A stretch of 64,000 nt of DNA. Source: a virus. Of the stretch, positions 28,933 through 40,746 are shown piece after piece. Each line of letters opens with the position of its first letter. Position 1 is the first letter of the stretch. The notes under the pieces were generated by a model that was not told where the DNA came from, made no database searches, and worked only from the letters and a program-made list of their open reading frames with translations. The stretch lies in IMG/VR virus record IMGVR_UViG_3300011113_000747, positions 120,543-184,542 of that record. One strand, given 5' to 3'. Position numbers and translations under genes: made by a program.

Positions 28933-29823
28933 ATGAAGAAACAGAAAATTATTTTGACTCGTGGTCTGCCTGCGAGCGGCAAGAGTACTTGGGCTAAAGA
29001 GCAAGTTGCAAAAGGCAACGGCAAGGTGAAGCGCGTCAACAAAGATGACTTGCGCGACATGATTGATGCTGGCATCTGGTCCAAGACCAATGAGCAGATG
29101 ATTCTCAATGCTCGTGATGCACTTGTTGCTCTCTTTATCAGCAACAAAGAAGTGGAAACGGTGATCGTTGATGACACCAACTTTGAAGAGAAACACTTTA
29201 ATACCATGGTTGGGTATGCAGACTCTTATACCAAGCTTTGTAATAGAGACATCACTGTTGAATACAAGGACTTCTTGGATGTGTCTCTTGATGAGTGCTT
29301 GCATCGTGATTCTCTACGTGCTAAGCCTGTTGGTGAAAAGGTCATCAAGGGCATGCATCAGCGCTACATTCTTCCAACCATTAAAGATGCTCCTGTCGCA
29401 AATAAGAAAGGCAATTCCATCATTGTAGACATTGATGGTACTCTTGCGCATCGTTGTGATCGCAACTGGTTTGAGTACGAAAAAGTTGATCAAGACCACC
29501 TGGATGTTGTTGTATACGGCATTGTAGAAGCTTTCCAAAAGAAAGGTTATACCATTCTCATTGTATCTGGTCGCGAGGGTACTGAAGTCTGCCGTCAAAA
29601 GACTCTTGCATGGCTCGACAAGCACAAGGTTCCTTATTACGATCTTATGATGCGTAAAGAAGGTGACCATCGTCGTGACTCCATTGTCAAGAAGGAGATC
29701 TACGATACTCTCATTAAGGATAAATTCGATGTGGAATTTGTCCTGGACGACAGAAAATCTGTTTGCGATATGTGGCGCGAAATCGGCCTCAAATGTCTCC
29801 AGGTAGCCCCTGGAGACTTTTGA
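28933..29823 (+). CDS. pseT: Polynucleotide 5'-kinase/3'-phosphatase (T4 PseT)
   Basis: P-loop GLPASGKST, RVNKDDLR, HAD motif DIDGT, SGR, DDR. Confidence 0.95.
   Translation: MKKQKIILTRGLPASGKSTWAKEQVAKGNGKVKRVNKDDLRDMIDAGIWSKTNEQMILNARDALVALFISNKEVETVIVDDTNFEEKHFNTMVGYADSYTKLCNRDITVEYKDFLDVSLDECLHRDSLRAKPVGEKVIKGMHQRYILPTIKDAPVANKKGNSIIVDIDGTLAHRCDRNWFEYEKVDQDHLDVVVYGIVEAFQKKGYTILIVSGREGTEVCRQKTLAWLDKHKVPYYDLMMRKEGDHRRDSIVKKEIYDTLIKDKFDVEFVLDDRKSVCDMWREIGLKCLQVAPGDF
29789..29823. repeat. 35-bp palindrome spanning the pseT/endonuclease overlap
   Basis: TCAAA-T-GTCTCCAGG / TAGCC / CCTGGAGAC-T-TTTGA; 14 of 15 positions pair. Confidence 0.9.
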
Positions 29824-30589
29824 TCTCCTCTTCTGTTGCATACCTGATTTTGTACCCTCTATGGTGTGACTGTCTGCCTCTCAAAGTATCAGAAAGACAG
29901 TTTCTGTTAAGGTTATACTTCTCAACTATATTAAGAAGCCCACATTCAAATGTAGTTGAGAGGTCCGGGTGAGTGAGTAAAAACCATCTATAACTTTTAT
30001 TAAAAATTTTACCAGCTTTTGCAAGTTCCCTCATTTTAGCTAATCGTTCTTTTTGGCTTTCAGATAGCTTTTCAAGCATTTGTGCTGATTTAACTTTACC
30101 TGGATTATTTTGTTTAAACTGTATTCGTTTAAGTTCTAAATGCTTTTGACCCTCTTCTGACTGTAACCACTTTTTGCGTGTTGCTGCAGCTTTTGCTTTA
30201 GTTTCTTCTGTGTGGTGCTTGCCATACATATGATTAGCAGCACCACATCTACCGACTTTATGATATGCACCGGTATGACCACCTCTACCACCTTCATGCG
30301 TATTGTATCCTAATTCACGGCTGTTATATTCTTTTATGAGCTCACGCTCTCTTGCAAGCCCCATTTCTTTACTTTCTACAACTTCCAAAGTTTCAATGAT
30401 GAAACTTTCAGGTCCATATTTCTTAATTGCTCTAACAAATTTGTAATCATATTTGCCTGAGAAAGCATCCCTACAATGACGACGCCACCTTTGTTCAATT
30501 GTTTGACCTGTATAGCCAATATACATCTTGCTATTTTTTGTATTTGTAATTTTATAAACTGTGTGCATGCAATTATTTATTGAACTCAT
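29789..30589 (-). mobile_element. Free-standing GIY-YIG homing endonuclease with NUMOD3
   Basis: VYKITN..MYIGYT..RW..H; MYGKHHTEETKAK; opposite strand to its neighbours. Confidence 0.88.
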
Positions 30590-30620
30590 GTAGTAAATAT
30601 GTGGACATTTTGAATTTTAG

Positions 30621-32188
30621 TTGTATATTTTATTTGTGGATAATACTTCAACCGACAAAGACTTAATCAACCTACATGAGTGGAATGGCTTTGCTGAAAA
30701 GCGCATGACGTTGTTAGAAGCTCTAACCATCATCAACAATCGTTATAGAAGTGATGTAGGAGCTTTAGAAGATGAGTTGGAAAAATTTCGTGATGCAGTT
30801 AAAACTGCTCATGATGTTCTTTTAACTGTTGTGAATGAATGCAATCTTTATTACAAAGAAAGCGCAGACATTGACAATTATACACTTGATGATTGCTACA
30901 CAGCAATTGCTAAAATTAAACAATTAAAATATTAAATTATGAGCCTATTAGAATACGCAATGGATGAGTTGGATCGCATTGGCATGACTGCTGATGGTGA
31001 TGAATATAATGCAATGATGCGCAATCACATTCTACACATGGTTGAAGAATTTGCTAAAGAAGGTCATTCTGGCTTCTCTGCAAATTATGCAATTCAATGT
31101 TTGGAGAAGTTGTTGCGATTTGAGCCTCTGTCTCCATTGACTGGAGAAGATAGTGAGTGGCTTGATATCAGTGCTTATGGAGATAACCCTTGTTGGCAAA
31201 ACAAACGATGCTCAAGAGTATTCAAAGAGGCTGATGGAAAAGCATATGATATTGAAGGCTTTGTGTTTTGGTCATGGGCTACAGATGAAGAGGGTAATAA
31301 GTTCAAAAGCCACTATACCAATAAAAAGAGTCGTAGATATATTGAGTTTCCTTATACACCTAAAACTGAATACGTGGAGGATGTAGAGTGAGACACTTTC
31401 ATTGCATCGAATCAAATTGTGGCAAGCACAAGGGTTGGCGTTGTTGGATTTATCCCTTCGCCAACATCTTGAGCTCACACCATGACAGAGTTAATGTTGG
31501 CATTGAATTTTATCCTTGGACAGACGTAGACATGCCAGGCTTCAATGTATATGGCAAGGCTAATGATGAACACACCATTGGCTTCAGCGTCAATGTTCCG
31601 TTCCTCTTCTCTTTGTATGTTCATGCTGATTTAGCCAAATGGGGATACTCCAAAGTGTGGCGCAAAATTTTGCGGTTGGATGAAGATCGTAAATATGGCG
31701 GGCGAAGTTGGGGCATCAAATACATCAAAGATTCCGGCTGTATTGATGGAGGCTATTTCAACATTGAATTGGGTCGCTACGACAATTGCTGGAGTTCCAA
31801 AGATCCAAAATGGTTGAGTACAAGCATCTATCCTCGTGTTGTATTGTGCGGTAGAGCCACATACTCTGAGCAAGACAATGGAACTACACAACACACTGTA
31901 ACAATCAAAGGTAATAAAGAATATGCAGATAAAGAGTATGTTCTCGATTGCAGAGAATATATCTCCACCTGGACATGGAAGCGATTCAAAAAGCCTTATT
32001 CATTGAAGCGCTACGAAGTATCTACTCAAGACAAAGACGGTGTGCCTCACCCAGGCAAAGGCACTACATGCTACAATTGTGAAGAGAGTGCATTGCAGAG
32101 CCAAACCAGCCCAGCAAATAGCAGAGAAGAAGCCATTGCAAAGTTTGTGGAAAGCGTTGATTGGTATAGAAAGAATTATCCTCTATGA
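30621..32188 (+). other. Three hypothetical ORFs (30621-30935, 30939-31391, 31388-32188)
   Basis: Coupled ORFs; 30939 has the GHSGFSA..LLRFEPLSPLTGEDSEW pattern recalled from other phage proteins. Confidence 0.65.
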
Positions 32189-32889
32189 GTCTACTTGAAG
32201 AAATTGATTTAGATGCAATGATGGCACCTGTGCCGGTGAAGCGCAAGCCTGGTGAGTTTAAGCTCATCATGCCTGATGATGCAGAACTCATGAGTTTTGA
32301 AACATCAAAGCTCAAAGATTGGCGTTTATATGGCATTGAACCTATTGTTTGGCGGTTGCTAGAAACAAAGAAAGTATTTCTTGCTGGCGGTTCGCTGCGC
32401 ACTGTTATCGATGTAGATGATGAGGTGAATGACTACGACATTTTCTTTCACAATCTCGATGATGTAGAAGCAATTAAGAAAATGCTTTTAGATGCGGATT
32501 TTAATCTCTATTATGCATGTCCTGAGAATAAGCTATTCTCATACATCTATAGCGAGGACGAATCATCTAGCATTAAAGTTCAGCTCATTTGTGAGCAAGC
32601 ATATGTGAGTCCCATTGATTGCATCAGTCAGTTTGACTTTGGTGCCTGTGCTGCAGCACTGACTCACGAGAAGTTTTATTGCTACGATATGTTCATCAAC
32701 AATGTACGCAGCAAAACCATCACCATGCTGGCTCTACCATTTCCTCTTGCTAGCTTCAAGCGTGCAGCCAAGTATGCAGCTAAAGGATACAACATCGGAT
32801 ATTTCGCCGAACAATTCATTTGGGAAGTACGAATGATGCCAGCAAATTTGTTAGTTGAAGGCGGCGCAATGAGACGCTATATTGATTGA
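32185..32889 (+). CDS. Nucleotidyltransferase (CCA/poly(A)-polymerase-like head)
   Basis: FLAGGSLR..DYDIFF; VQLI; QFDF. Confidence 0.75.
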   Translation: MSLLEEIDLDAMMAPVPVKRKPGEFKLIMPDDAELMSFETSKLKDWRLYGIEPIVWRLLETKKVFLAGGSLRTVIDVDDEVNDYDIFFHNLDDVEAIKKMLLDADFNLYYACPENKLFSYIYSEDESSSIKVQLICEQAYVSPIDCISQFDFGACAAALTHEKFYCYDMFINNVRSKTITMLALPFPLASFKRAAKYAAKGYNIGYFAEQFIWEVRMMPANLLVEGGAMRRYID

Positions 32890-32919
32890 TTCTGACTTCT
32901 GGCCTAATGCATAAACTTT

Positions 32920-33704
32920 ATGACAACAGTAAAACTAATTAGAGACTCATATCCTTATCTCAAAGGAACAGAATTCATTGTAACAGGTGGTGATGATGGA
33001 TTTTGGAGTCGTTATGCATTCTATTCTGGAACGGTTGTTGCAAAAGGAAAAGAGCGTCACATCTCAGTTGAAAGATGCGATTGCGAATACATCTCCCCAA
33101 GAGAATACACTGGCAAAGTGCTTTTGCATGAAGAGTATTTGAATCCAAAGCCCATGTCGGATTCTGATTATTGGGAAGATTATCTCAATTCTCCCGGCTA
33201 AATCAGTTGACAGATAAAGGAAACTCTCTATAATAAGAGCATGATTCACACTGAAACAAAATTCGCATATCGTCACAAGCCAACAGGCAAATGGTGTAAC
33301 TTGGGACCATCATATAATTATGACGGTAATCTGCTGAAATTTAATAACATGGAGTTAAGATTAATAAATGAATTTCAAACCCATGAAGTTCTATATAGCG
33401 CCAGAAACATCATTGAAGAAGATTTGCTACGCAGTGTTATGAATGGTGAGCGTTATGCTGCAAAAAACTTTTTGGAATTTGAGCTTGTGGAAATTGAAAT
33501 AGAGTATAAATTAAAAGCATGATTAAATTTATTAAAGAACTTTTCCGTGAACGGGTGTGGAAAGAAATCTCTCGTGAATTCCTAAGAAAAGAGCATACAA
33601 TAACTGGTGATGTATGTGCATATTACTACGTTACATATAAAGATATGCTTAGTGGTGATATTAAAAGTAAGGAAGTTGAAGTACCACTTCAACAAATATA
33701 TTAG
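32920..33704 (+). other. Hypothetical ORFs 32920-33201, 33241-33522, 33519-33704
   Basis: Co-oriented; 33241 follows TTGACA..AGGAAA..TATAAT-N6-ATG. Confidence 0.6.
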
Positions 33705-33739
33705 ATAGAAAACAAAAGGAACAATCATATAATTAATAT

Positions 33740-34339
33740 ATGAACAAGAGACCAATTCTTAAACTCAATGCAAGCTTCTTTCCGCTTGCTGCATCTCAAT
33801 GGGAAGATGTCATCATTGACATCTTTTCTGGCGCTGTTTGCCCTCTTGATATCTGGTATACACAGAATGAAGATGGCTCTTATGATGCAACTTCTGTTGA
33901 AACATTCAATGTTATTCGCAGCTGGAATGAATGGAAGCAACTGCCTATTCGTAGTGTAGATGACTTTGTTCATACAACATCTGGTCCAGTTCGTCTGCCA
34001 AGCGTTGTTGTTGCTTCTCGTTTCAACAAAGTCATCTTCAAGACTGTGCAGTTCCCAACCAAGCAGAACATCTTCAAACGTGACAAATACACATGTGGAT
34101 ACACTGGCAAGAAATTGCAGAAGCACGAATTGAGTGTTGATCATATTTTGCCTGTGAGTCGTGGTGGTAAGAATACATGGGATAACTTGATCACATGTGA
34201 AAAGAGTGTCAACACTTTCAAAGACAATCGCCTGCCGCAGGAATGCGGTCTCAAGTTGCTTTGGAAGCCAGAAAAGCCAACCAATGGACTTGTGTTTGAT
34301 AATGCACGAGAAGATTGGAATATGTTCTTGAATTCTTAA
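33740..34339 (+). CDS. HNH endonuclease (McrA-like)
   Basis: RD.YTCGYTG, SVDHILPVSRGG..TWDNLITC...N. Confidence 0.9.
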   Translation: MNKRPILKLNASFFPLAASQWEDVIIDIFSGAVCPLDIWYTQNEDGSYDATSVETFNVIRSWNEWKQLPIRSVDDFVHTTSGPVRLPSVVVASRFNKVIFKTVQFPTKQNIFKRDKYTCGYTGKKLQKHELSVDHILPVSRGGKNTWDNLITCEKSVNTFKDNRLPQECGLKLLWKPEKPTNGLVFDNAREDWNMFLNS

Positions 34340-34366
34340 GGAAATAATGTATAATTATAGTACAAC

Positions 34367-34978
34367 ATGAGCAATAGACTTTACAGTGAGTGGGATAAAA
34401 AATCTCACCCTCAATACAAATTTGGATTTTGGTACATCGTTCCAGGCTCTCTCTGTTGGGAGGGCTGGGATGATTGGAGAGAATTAATGAAAACAAAACA
34501 CCCCATTCAATACTTTGTTCGTGAAACAATTTATGATATTGTGTGGAGTACAAAGCGTCTCTATCGAGATAGCAAGTATACTATCAAATGCTTTTTCAAG
34601 CCATATCATTCTGATATTCGCAAAGCAATCCCACGCAAGTGGGCTGATGTTAGCAGTCTTGTTGTTGATGTCAATTTTGCTATGATTCTTTCTTTCAAGA
34701 AAGAGGCTGATGAATACTGTGTTGATTGGGATTATGGTGATCATCGCAAGTTTAAAAATTGGCTTGATGCTTCAGCTAAATGGATTCAAGAAGATCGCCC
34801 TGCCATTGAAAAACAACGTGATAATGCTTATCCACCATACCCTCTTCCAGAGCACATGCGCGGTTGGAATTACGACCAGCTTTACGGTGAGGTAAATAAG
34901 TTGGAAAAAATTATTGACGAAACAGACTCAGCCATCATCAAGCAAATGGTTGACTATCGCTATTACATGTGGACATGA
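34367..34978 (+). CDS. Hypothetical protein
   Basis: 203-aa ORF behind AGGAAA..TATAAT. Confidence 0.6.
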   Translation: MSNRLYSEWDKKSHPQYKFGFWYIVPGSLCWEGWDDWRELMKTKHPIQYFVRETIYDIVWSTKRLYRDSKYTIKCFFKPYHSDIRKAIPRKWADVSSLVVDVNFAMILSFKKEADEYCVDWDYGDHRKFKNWLDASAKWIQEDRPAIEKQRDNAYPPYPLPEHMRGWNYDQLYGEVNKLEKIIDETDSAIIKQMVDYRYYMWT

Positions 34979-35125
34979 AAATTAACAAAGAAGAACTATA
35001 CAAACTTTACATGCAAGAAGTAGAGGCTATTTGTGAAGTTTGTGATTGGAAGACAAGCTTTTCAGCATCAGAATGCGTCAATATTGTAGCTTATCTTCTT
35101 GAATTGAATCCTGAATTAATTACAT

Positions 35126-35557
35126 ATGACAATTAATAACTACACTGACTTTGACAATGCCCAAAAATATGCCAAAGATTATGATGCTATCATATCTCTC
35201 GGGTATTTTATGCCAGAACAGTATCGCGAAGGCAAGAAGTATATGTTTCTTGACTTTGAAGATGAGACTTTTGATTCTATAAACATAAACCCCAACAATG
35301 TAAAATATGCTCCCAAAGAAGGACACATTCGTAAGCTGCTTGAATTTATTCGTAGTCTTGCTCCTCATGAACGTTTGCTGGTTCATTGCTTTGCCGGATA
35401 TAGTCGAAGTCCTGCAGCAGTTATCATCGCAAAATGCGAGCGTGATGGAAAAACTATCCATGATGCAAAACAAGAGCTCTACGATGCAAGGATTCCTGAC
35501 AAATTGATTCCTGATCCCAATGACATTATGTTGCACAATTATCTCATGATCAAATGA
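35126..35557 (+). CDS. Protein-tyrosine/dual-specificity phosphatase-like protein
   Basis: CX5R motif VHCFAGYSRS; preceding FEDE; PN..M. Confidence 0.85.
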   Translation: MTINNYTDFDNAQKYAKDYDAIISLGYFMPEQYREGKKYMFLDFEDETFDSININPNNVKYAPKEGHIRKLLEFIRSLAPHERLLVHCFAGYSRSPAAVIIAKCERDGKTIHDAKQELYDARIPDKLIPDPNDIMLHNYLMIK

Positions 35558-35795
35558 AACTTGGAACTCGCACATACACCGAACAAGAAATTGCAATCAT
35601 TGAGGTTTATAAAAGCCATATTCAGTTCTTGCAAAAAGAAATTGACGAACACTGGGATATGCTTGCCAAGCAGGTGCTTAAGACCCAACCTGATGATTGC
35701 TTGAACGACCACGACCACTTGTGGGATTATGTTATGAATGACTTTCATTCAGAAAAGTAGTTGATAAAATTTGAAAAAGACACTATAATACATAT

Positions 35796-36509
35796 GTGAA
35801 AGAAAAAGATAAAATCATCTTAGTTGGCGATATTCATGGCGAATATAACAAACTGCGCTATGATATTACTCGCTTTGGTTATGAAGATGCATACATCATT
35901 CAAGTGGGTGATTTTGGCGTTGGGTTTCATAAACCCAACTACTACAAAAATCAAGCCTTCCCAAGGCTGAATGAAGTATTAGCAAATAAAAATTGCCATC
36001 TGTATGCTATTCGTGGCAATCATGATGATCCAGAATACTTCAAGCAGACCAACAATCCATTTGACTTCTCCAACATTACTCTGCTGCAGGACTACTCTGA
36101 ACTGGAGCTGCTGGGCAAGAGCATCCTGCTTGTGGGTGGTGCAGTGAGCATTGATCGCAAGGGTCGTGAAGAGGGTAAGAGTTGGTGGAGTGATGAAAAG
36201 TTCAAGCTCAAACTTGAAGATGAGTTTCCATATAAAGATCGCCAATACGACCTGGTTGTAACACATACACGACCAGGTGTCTGTGGAGCATTCAAAGGTT
36301 TCAGTAAAATTGAAAAATTTTGTTGGGATGATGCTGATTTGAAAAATGATCTCATTGAAGAAAGTCAATTGGTTGATTATCTTTATGAGAAGACCAAACC
36401 TAAAGATTGGATTTATGGACATTTTCATGAGAGCAATTTGATTACACATGGAGGCACAGTTTTCAGGTGCCTTGATATCGACGAACACTACGCTTACTAT
36501 TATGCCTAA
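35796..36509 (+). CDS. Calcineurin-like metallophosphoesterase
   Basis: GDIHG, QVGDFG, RGNHD, VTH, GHFH. Confidence 0.92.
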   Translation: MKEKDKIILVGDIHGEYNKLRYDITRFGYEDAYIIQVGDFGVGFHKPNYYKNQAFPRLNEVLANKNCHLYAIRGNHDDPEYFKQTNNPFDFSNITLLQDYSELELLGKSILLVGGAVSIDRKGREEGKSWWSDEKFKLKLEDEFPYKDRQYDLVVTHTRPGVCGAFKGFSKIEKFCWDDADLKNDLIEESQLVDYLYEKTKPKDWIYGHFHESNLITHGGTVFRCLDIDEHYAYYYA

Positions 36510-36764
36510 ACAAAACACAAATTATATCAATGGGTGGGGATCTATCTTCACTCGCAAGCATCCATCTCTCAATTATGGGCAGACTGGCAAATACTGGACT
36601 GATGCAAGTTCGCCAAAAGGACATGCATGGTTTGCAGCATCTGTTGATGGTGGTTTTACAAAGCCAGCTGTTGCAGTAAAGTTGAGTTATATCTTCACAA
36701 AAGATAGTACTTACGTTGATGGAACAGAAGCTTGATTTTCCCACAAATTAGTATAAGTTATAAA

Positions 36765-37043
36765 ATGAGAAAACACATTACAACATTACTATTGGTTGCA
36801 ACTCTTGCTATTTGCACTCCCAGTTGTTCGACTGTTAAATCGACTTCCGACGCTGCCCTGGCACAAGCCAAGACTGGTGCATCAGTTGGGTTTGCAACTG
36901 AAAAAGTGGAGAAAGGTTATCAGGTGAGTGGTCATGCATCTACCAATGTCTTTGGCATTGAGCCATACAGCTCATTTGTTGCTGGTGTCAGATATGCTCC
37001 TAAGCGTCCTGCTGCACCAGCAGATGTTCAACCAGCTAAATAA
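36765..37043 (+). CDS. Putative lipoprotein
   Basis: MRKHITTLLLVATLAICTPS-C signal peptide. Confidence 0.55.
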   Translation: MRKHITTLLLVATLAICTPSCSTVKSTSDAALAQAKTGASVGFATEKVEKGYQVSGHASTNVFGIEPYSSFVAGVRYAPKRPAAPADVQPAK

Positions 37044-37062
37044 CAGCATTCAACCCAACAAG

Positions 37063-37090
37063 AGAGAAGTGGAAACACTTCTCTTTTTTT
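37063..37090 (+). terminator. Intrinsic terminator
   Basis: AGAGAAGTG-GAAA-CACTTCTCT followed by a T tract. Confidence 0.9.
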
Positions 37091-37124
37091 GTGGATTGAT
37101 TTAGGAAAGATATTATAATAAGGT

Positions 37125-39450
37125 ATGGATAATTTCGAACAACATTTGATGCAAAAGTACCCAGACTTGTTTTATAAAAATAAATCTGGAGAACTAGAAT
37201 GTCCTTGTGGCGCGTGGGTGCCAACTGGCTGGCACAAGATTGTTGATGGTTTGTGTGGTGCCATTATTCAATACACAAAATGCACTCAACGCTCTAGCAG
37301 CGAAATTACCAACAATGCTTATTACTTTTGGAAAGCATGCGCGTCATTTATTAATTGGTGCCATGTAAGGTTCATCAAAGTATTTCCAAAACTCAACAAA
37401 TTGGAATACAACAAGCCTGTATTTTCTCTTATTGAGAAGTTTCGCAAGCGTTACCGAAAATACATCAAATATGGCTGGGTAAATCCACCTGCTGTAAAAA
37501 TTGATCAAATCAAAGAGAAGTATGGTGAATTGCGCTTTTACTATTCTGGGGGCGATGAGCAAGTTGCTGGAATGGTTCGAATGGCAGAATATCTCTGCAA
37601 CCAAACATGCGAAGTAACAGGTAATCCTGGCGTTCTTTGCGTTCGTGGTGGTTGGTATAAGACCCTCTCACCTGAACTCTTAAAAGAAGGTGCATGTGAA
37701 GGATACAAACCAGTTAAACAATAATATGAGTGAAGATGTATTCATTGATATGTTAGAAGATGATGAAGAATCGCCTTATTGCGAAACTTGCGGCAGTTGT
37801 GGCGAAACTGGATGCTGCCCTCCAATCAAATGCCAAGCAGTCAAATGCAAGTATGGCGAAATCAATTTAAAAGATTATAAATGCTTCCAAAATCAGTGGG
37901 AGATTATGTTTAATGCTTTGAGAGATATTGCATCTAATTATAATTTAGATGATGGTAATATTTTGAGACAACATTTAGCGCAACTTGCACAAAATGCTTT
38001 AAAAGCAGTTGACAAAGAATGGGATAAACTCTATAGTAAAGAAAGCAATGACTGAAAAACACACAATTGAACGCACCTACTATTATGACATGGGTGAAAA
38101 TGGCATTTATCCAGATGATGAAAGCATGATTGCTTTTCTTTTGGATGAATGCATTTTGTTTGTAGGTAATGATTATGGCGATGGCACAGTCAACCTATAC
38201 ATTAACATCAACGATTATTTTGCGCCGGCGGCGGATGCTGAAAACTTACCAACAAAAGATATTGCAAAACTGTTTGAAATGTATCGCAAAGACGGCTACA
38301 ATGGTGTAGCGCAATATGTCGCCGACAAACGAGGCATTACTAACAAACGCTGGAGAGACGAATAAATTATGAACTACGAACAATTCGCAATATGGCTGCA
38401 TGGATTTCTTGAGATTTCCAATGCAGAAGAAATTAACAAAGAACAAACGCAAATCATCAAAGATCATTTGGCTCTTTTGTTTGAGAAGAAAACTCCTATT
38501 CGCAAAGAAAAGAAAGAAGATGATTCTTTAGAACATTTTAAAAAGTTAGCAGAAGAATGGGAAAAAAGACGCCCAAAAGATATAGACCATCCTAAATACC
38601 CTCCTTATGCTCCTATGCCCATGCCGACATATCCAGGATTTGATCCATACAAAATCACATGTAGTGATGGTACAGTATCACCACTTCCAGAGTTAGGAAC
38701 GTCTGTTTCGGACTTAAATCCTTGCCAAGAAATTTCTTTAGGTAAGCAATTTGTAGGCGTTGATATGCAGTTTGATGCAGAAGCACATAAAACCAAAACA
38801 TACTGCTGATGAACGACGAACAATTTTTTTCTCTTATTGAAAATAAAGACAGCAGGTGGCCTTGTAAAGGTCATAAAGTAAAATTCAAAGGTGCAGATGG
38901 TTGGTTCTATCCGCACTTTGTCAATGTTATCCAATTCGCCAAAGACAATTTAGAGGTTGGAAAAGTCTATACTGTTCGTAATTGTGAAGTTTATTCTTCA
39001 TGGTGTGCAGTGTGGTTGGAGGGTGAAGGATTGAGTGATGCTTTCTTTCATCTTTCTATGTTTGAATGGCCCGTTAAAGAATAAAATTATGCCATTGTTT
39101 TTATTACATATTGGTTTAAAAATTGCGGAAATTATTTCCGAATGGATAGATAAACAAAAAACAAAATTATGAAATTTGTCAAACTAACAGCAAAGCCTGA
39201 CACTTGGTTCAAAGAAGGAACAGAAGTTTATAGCTACGATTGCGATCCTCCAAATCAACTTTGGAGAGTTTCACTTGACGAATGGGAAAGCTGTGTTAAC
39301 TTTCCAGGTATGAAAGCAATATGCGTTCGCGGACTTCGCAATACACAACTCGAATATGAAATCGAAATATTTGGAAAAGGAGAGAGATGGGATGGCGAGT
39401 TTTGCGGGTGTGATGAATTTGAAGTAGAAATTGTAGATGAACCTTTTTGA
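37125..39450 (+). other. Hypothetical ORFs 37125-37724, 37726-38055, 38048-38365, 38369-38809, 38809-39084, 39169-39450
   Basis: Tightly packed and co-oriented; 37125 has the QIKEKYGELRFY..TCEVTG motif common in phage ORFs. Confidence 0.65.
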
Positions 39451-39453
39451 AAT

Positions 39454-39969
39454 ATGATCACAACAATCAACAAAGACATTCTGACGGTAGATAAAGGTGT
39501 AATCGTCCACTCTGTCAACTGCATTGGTGCAGTGGGCGGGCTAGCAGGCGCAATTGCACGCAAATGGCCCAAAAATGCAGAACAATATCGCGATCATGTA
39601 AAGCGTCAAACTCTTCCTATCATGCTGCTAGGCAGTGTGTTTGAAGTGAATGTAGCTCACAATGTTATTGTAGCCAATCTGTTTGGGCAGAACAATGTTG
39701 GCACTAGAGAAAGGCAAACAGAATACTCTGCTCTCATTGCAGGCTTTAAAAAAATTGCTAATACCTGTTTTGGAGGCAATGATAGATGTGAAGTGGATTA
39801 TGGTAATCCATTTGGGTCTATTTATGAAAAAATAGATTTGACTGACATTTATATTCCATATAAAATCGGCTGCGGTTTGGGTGGTGCCGATTGGAATATT
39901 GTAGAAGAAATTATCAACAAAACATTTGAGAAAAGCCATAACGACGTATATATTTGCAAACATGAATAG
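39454..39969 (+). CDS. Macrodomain (ADP-ribose binding/hydrolase)
   Basis: INKDIL, IVHSVNC.G..GGLA..I, NLFGQ, PYKIGCGLGGADW. Confidence 0.9.
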   Translation: MITTINKDILTVDKGVIVHSVNCIGAVGGLAGAIARKWPKNAEQYRDHVKRQTLPIMLLGSVFEVNVAHNVIVANLFGQNNVGTRERQTEYSALIAGFKKIANTCFGGNDRCEVDYGNPFGSIYEKIDLTDIYIPYKIGCGLGGADWNIVEEIINKTFEKSHNDVYICKHE

Positions 39970-40477
39970 AGAAATTAAATTTCGAATTTGGGACAAACAA
40001 AACAAAACTTGGGCTGAGAACAGTAGTTCCTTGCACTGTTTCAGCAATTGGAGCATTTGCCCATTCACAGGCAAGCTGACTGATTATGTTGGCTTAATTG
40101 ATGGTGATCATGGCGACAAATACACTGCATCACCTGCACCTGATTATTACATGCAGGGTGGAAAGATTGTAAAAGATTCTCGTTATGTTATCCAGCAATA
40201 CACTGGTAAGAAAGACAAAAACAACGTTGAAATCTACGAAGGTGATATTGTTAAATACAGCAGATGCCATGTAGTTTCTGTTGAAGAACGCAAAAATGTT
40301 TTCAGTTCAAAGCTCATCGAAGATGGTGATTTTGTTGGTGAAATTATTTTTCTTTTTCCAAGCTTTTGCTGGTCTTATGATCACAAGAGGTACGATGATA
40401 TTGAAAATATGACTGGTGCAACACATAGATATGAAGTCATCGGCAATATCTTTGAAACCCCCGAACTCCTAAAATGA
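39962..40477 (+). CDS. YopX family protein
   Basis: MNREIKFRIWDK, QYTG.KDKN..EIYEGDIV, EVIGNIFE.PELL. Confidence 0.9.
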   Translation: MNREIKFRIWDKQNKTWAENSSSLHCFSNWSICPFTGKLTDYVGLIDGDHGDKYTASPAPDYYMQGGKIVKDSRYVIQQYTGKKDKNNVEIYEGDIVKYSRCHVVSVEERKNVFSSKLIEDGDFVGEIIFLFPSFCWSYDHKRYDDIENMTGATHRYEVIGNIFETPELLK

Positions 40478-40746
40478 AAGAACAATACTTCAAATGCTCT
40501 TGCAGCAGCGAAATTCTTCGCGTTGCTTATGATGATGAACTCGAACAAACAGAGTTTTCCATTTGGGAGATGCAAAATGCTCACAAAGCAACATTGCGGC
40601 AAAGATTGCGCTGGTGTTGGAGAATTCTGTTTGAGGGTTCTCCATATGGTGATCAGGTAATTATGGAGAAAGAGCAAGTTGCAGATCTCGTAGAATATCT
40701 TGTAAAAATTCAAAACAACGATAAGGAAAATTAATATAATAAAGTT

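Noticed and set aside
29314-29841. Long antisense ORFs (also 28879-29304, 35979-36518, 39628-40074, 53494-53955, 57009-57470)
   Set aside because: They shadow well-supported genes on the other strand and have no motifs or promoters.
33740-34339. HNH gene as an intron-encoded homing endonuclease
   Set aside because: It is co-oriented, the flanking genes are uninterrupted, and the architecture is McrA-like with no intron structure.
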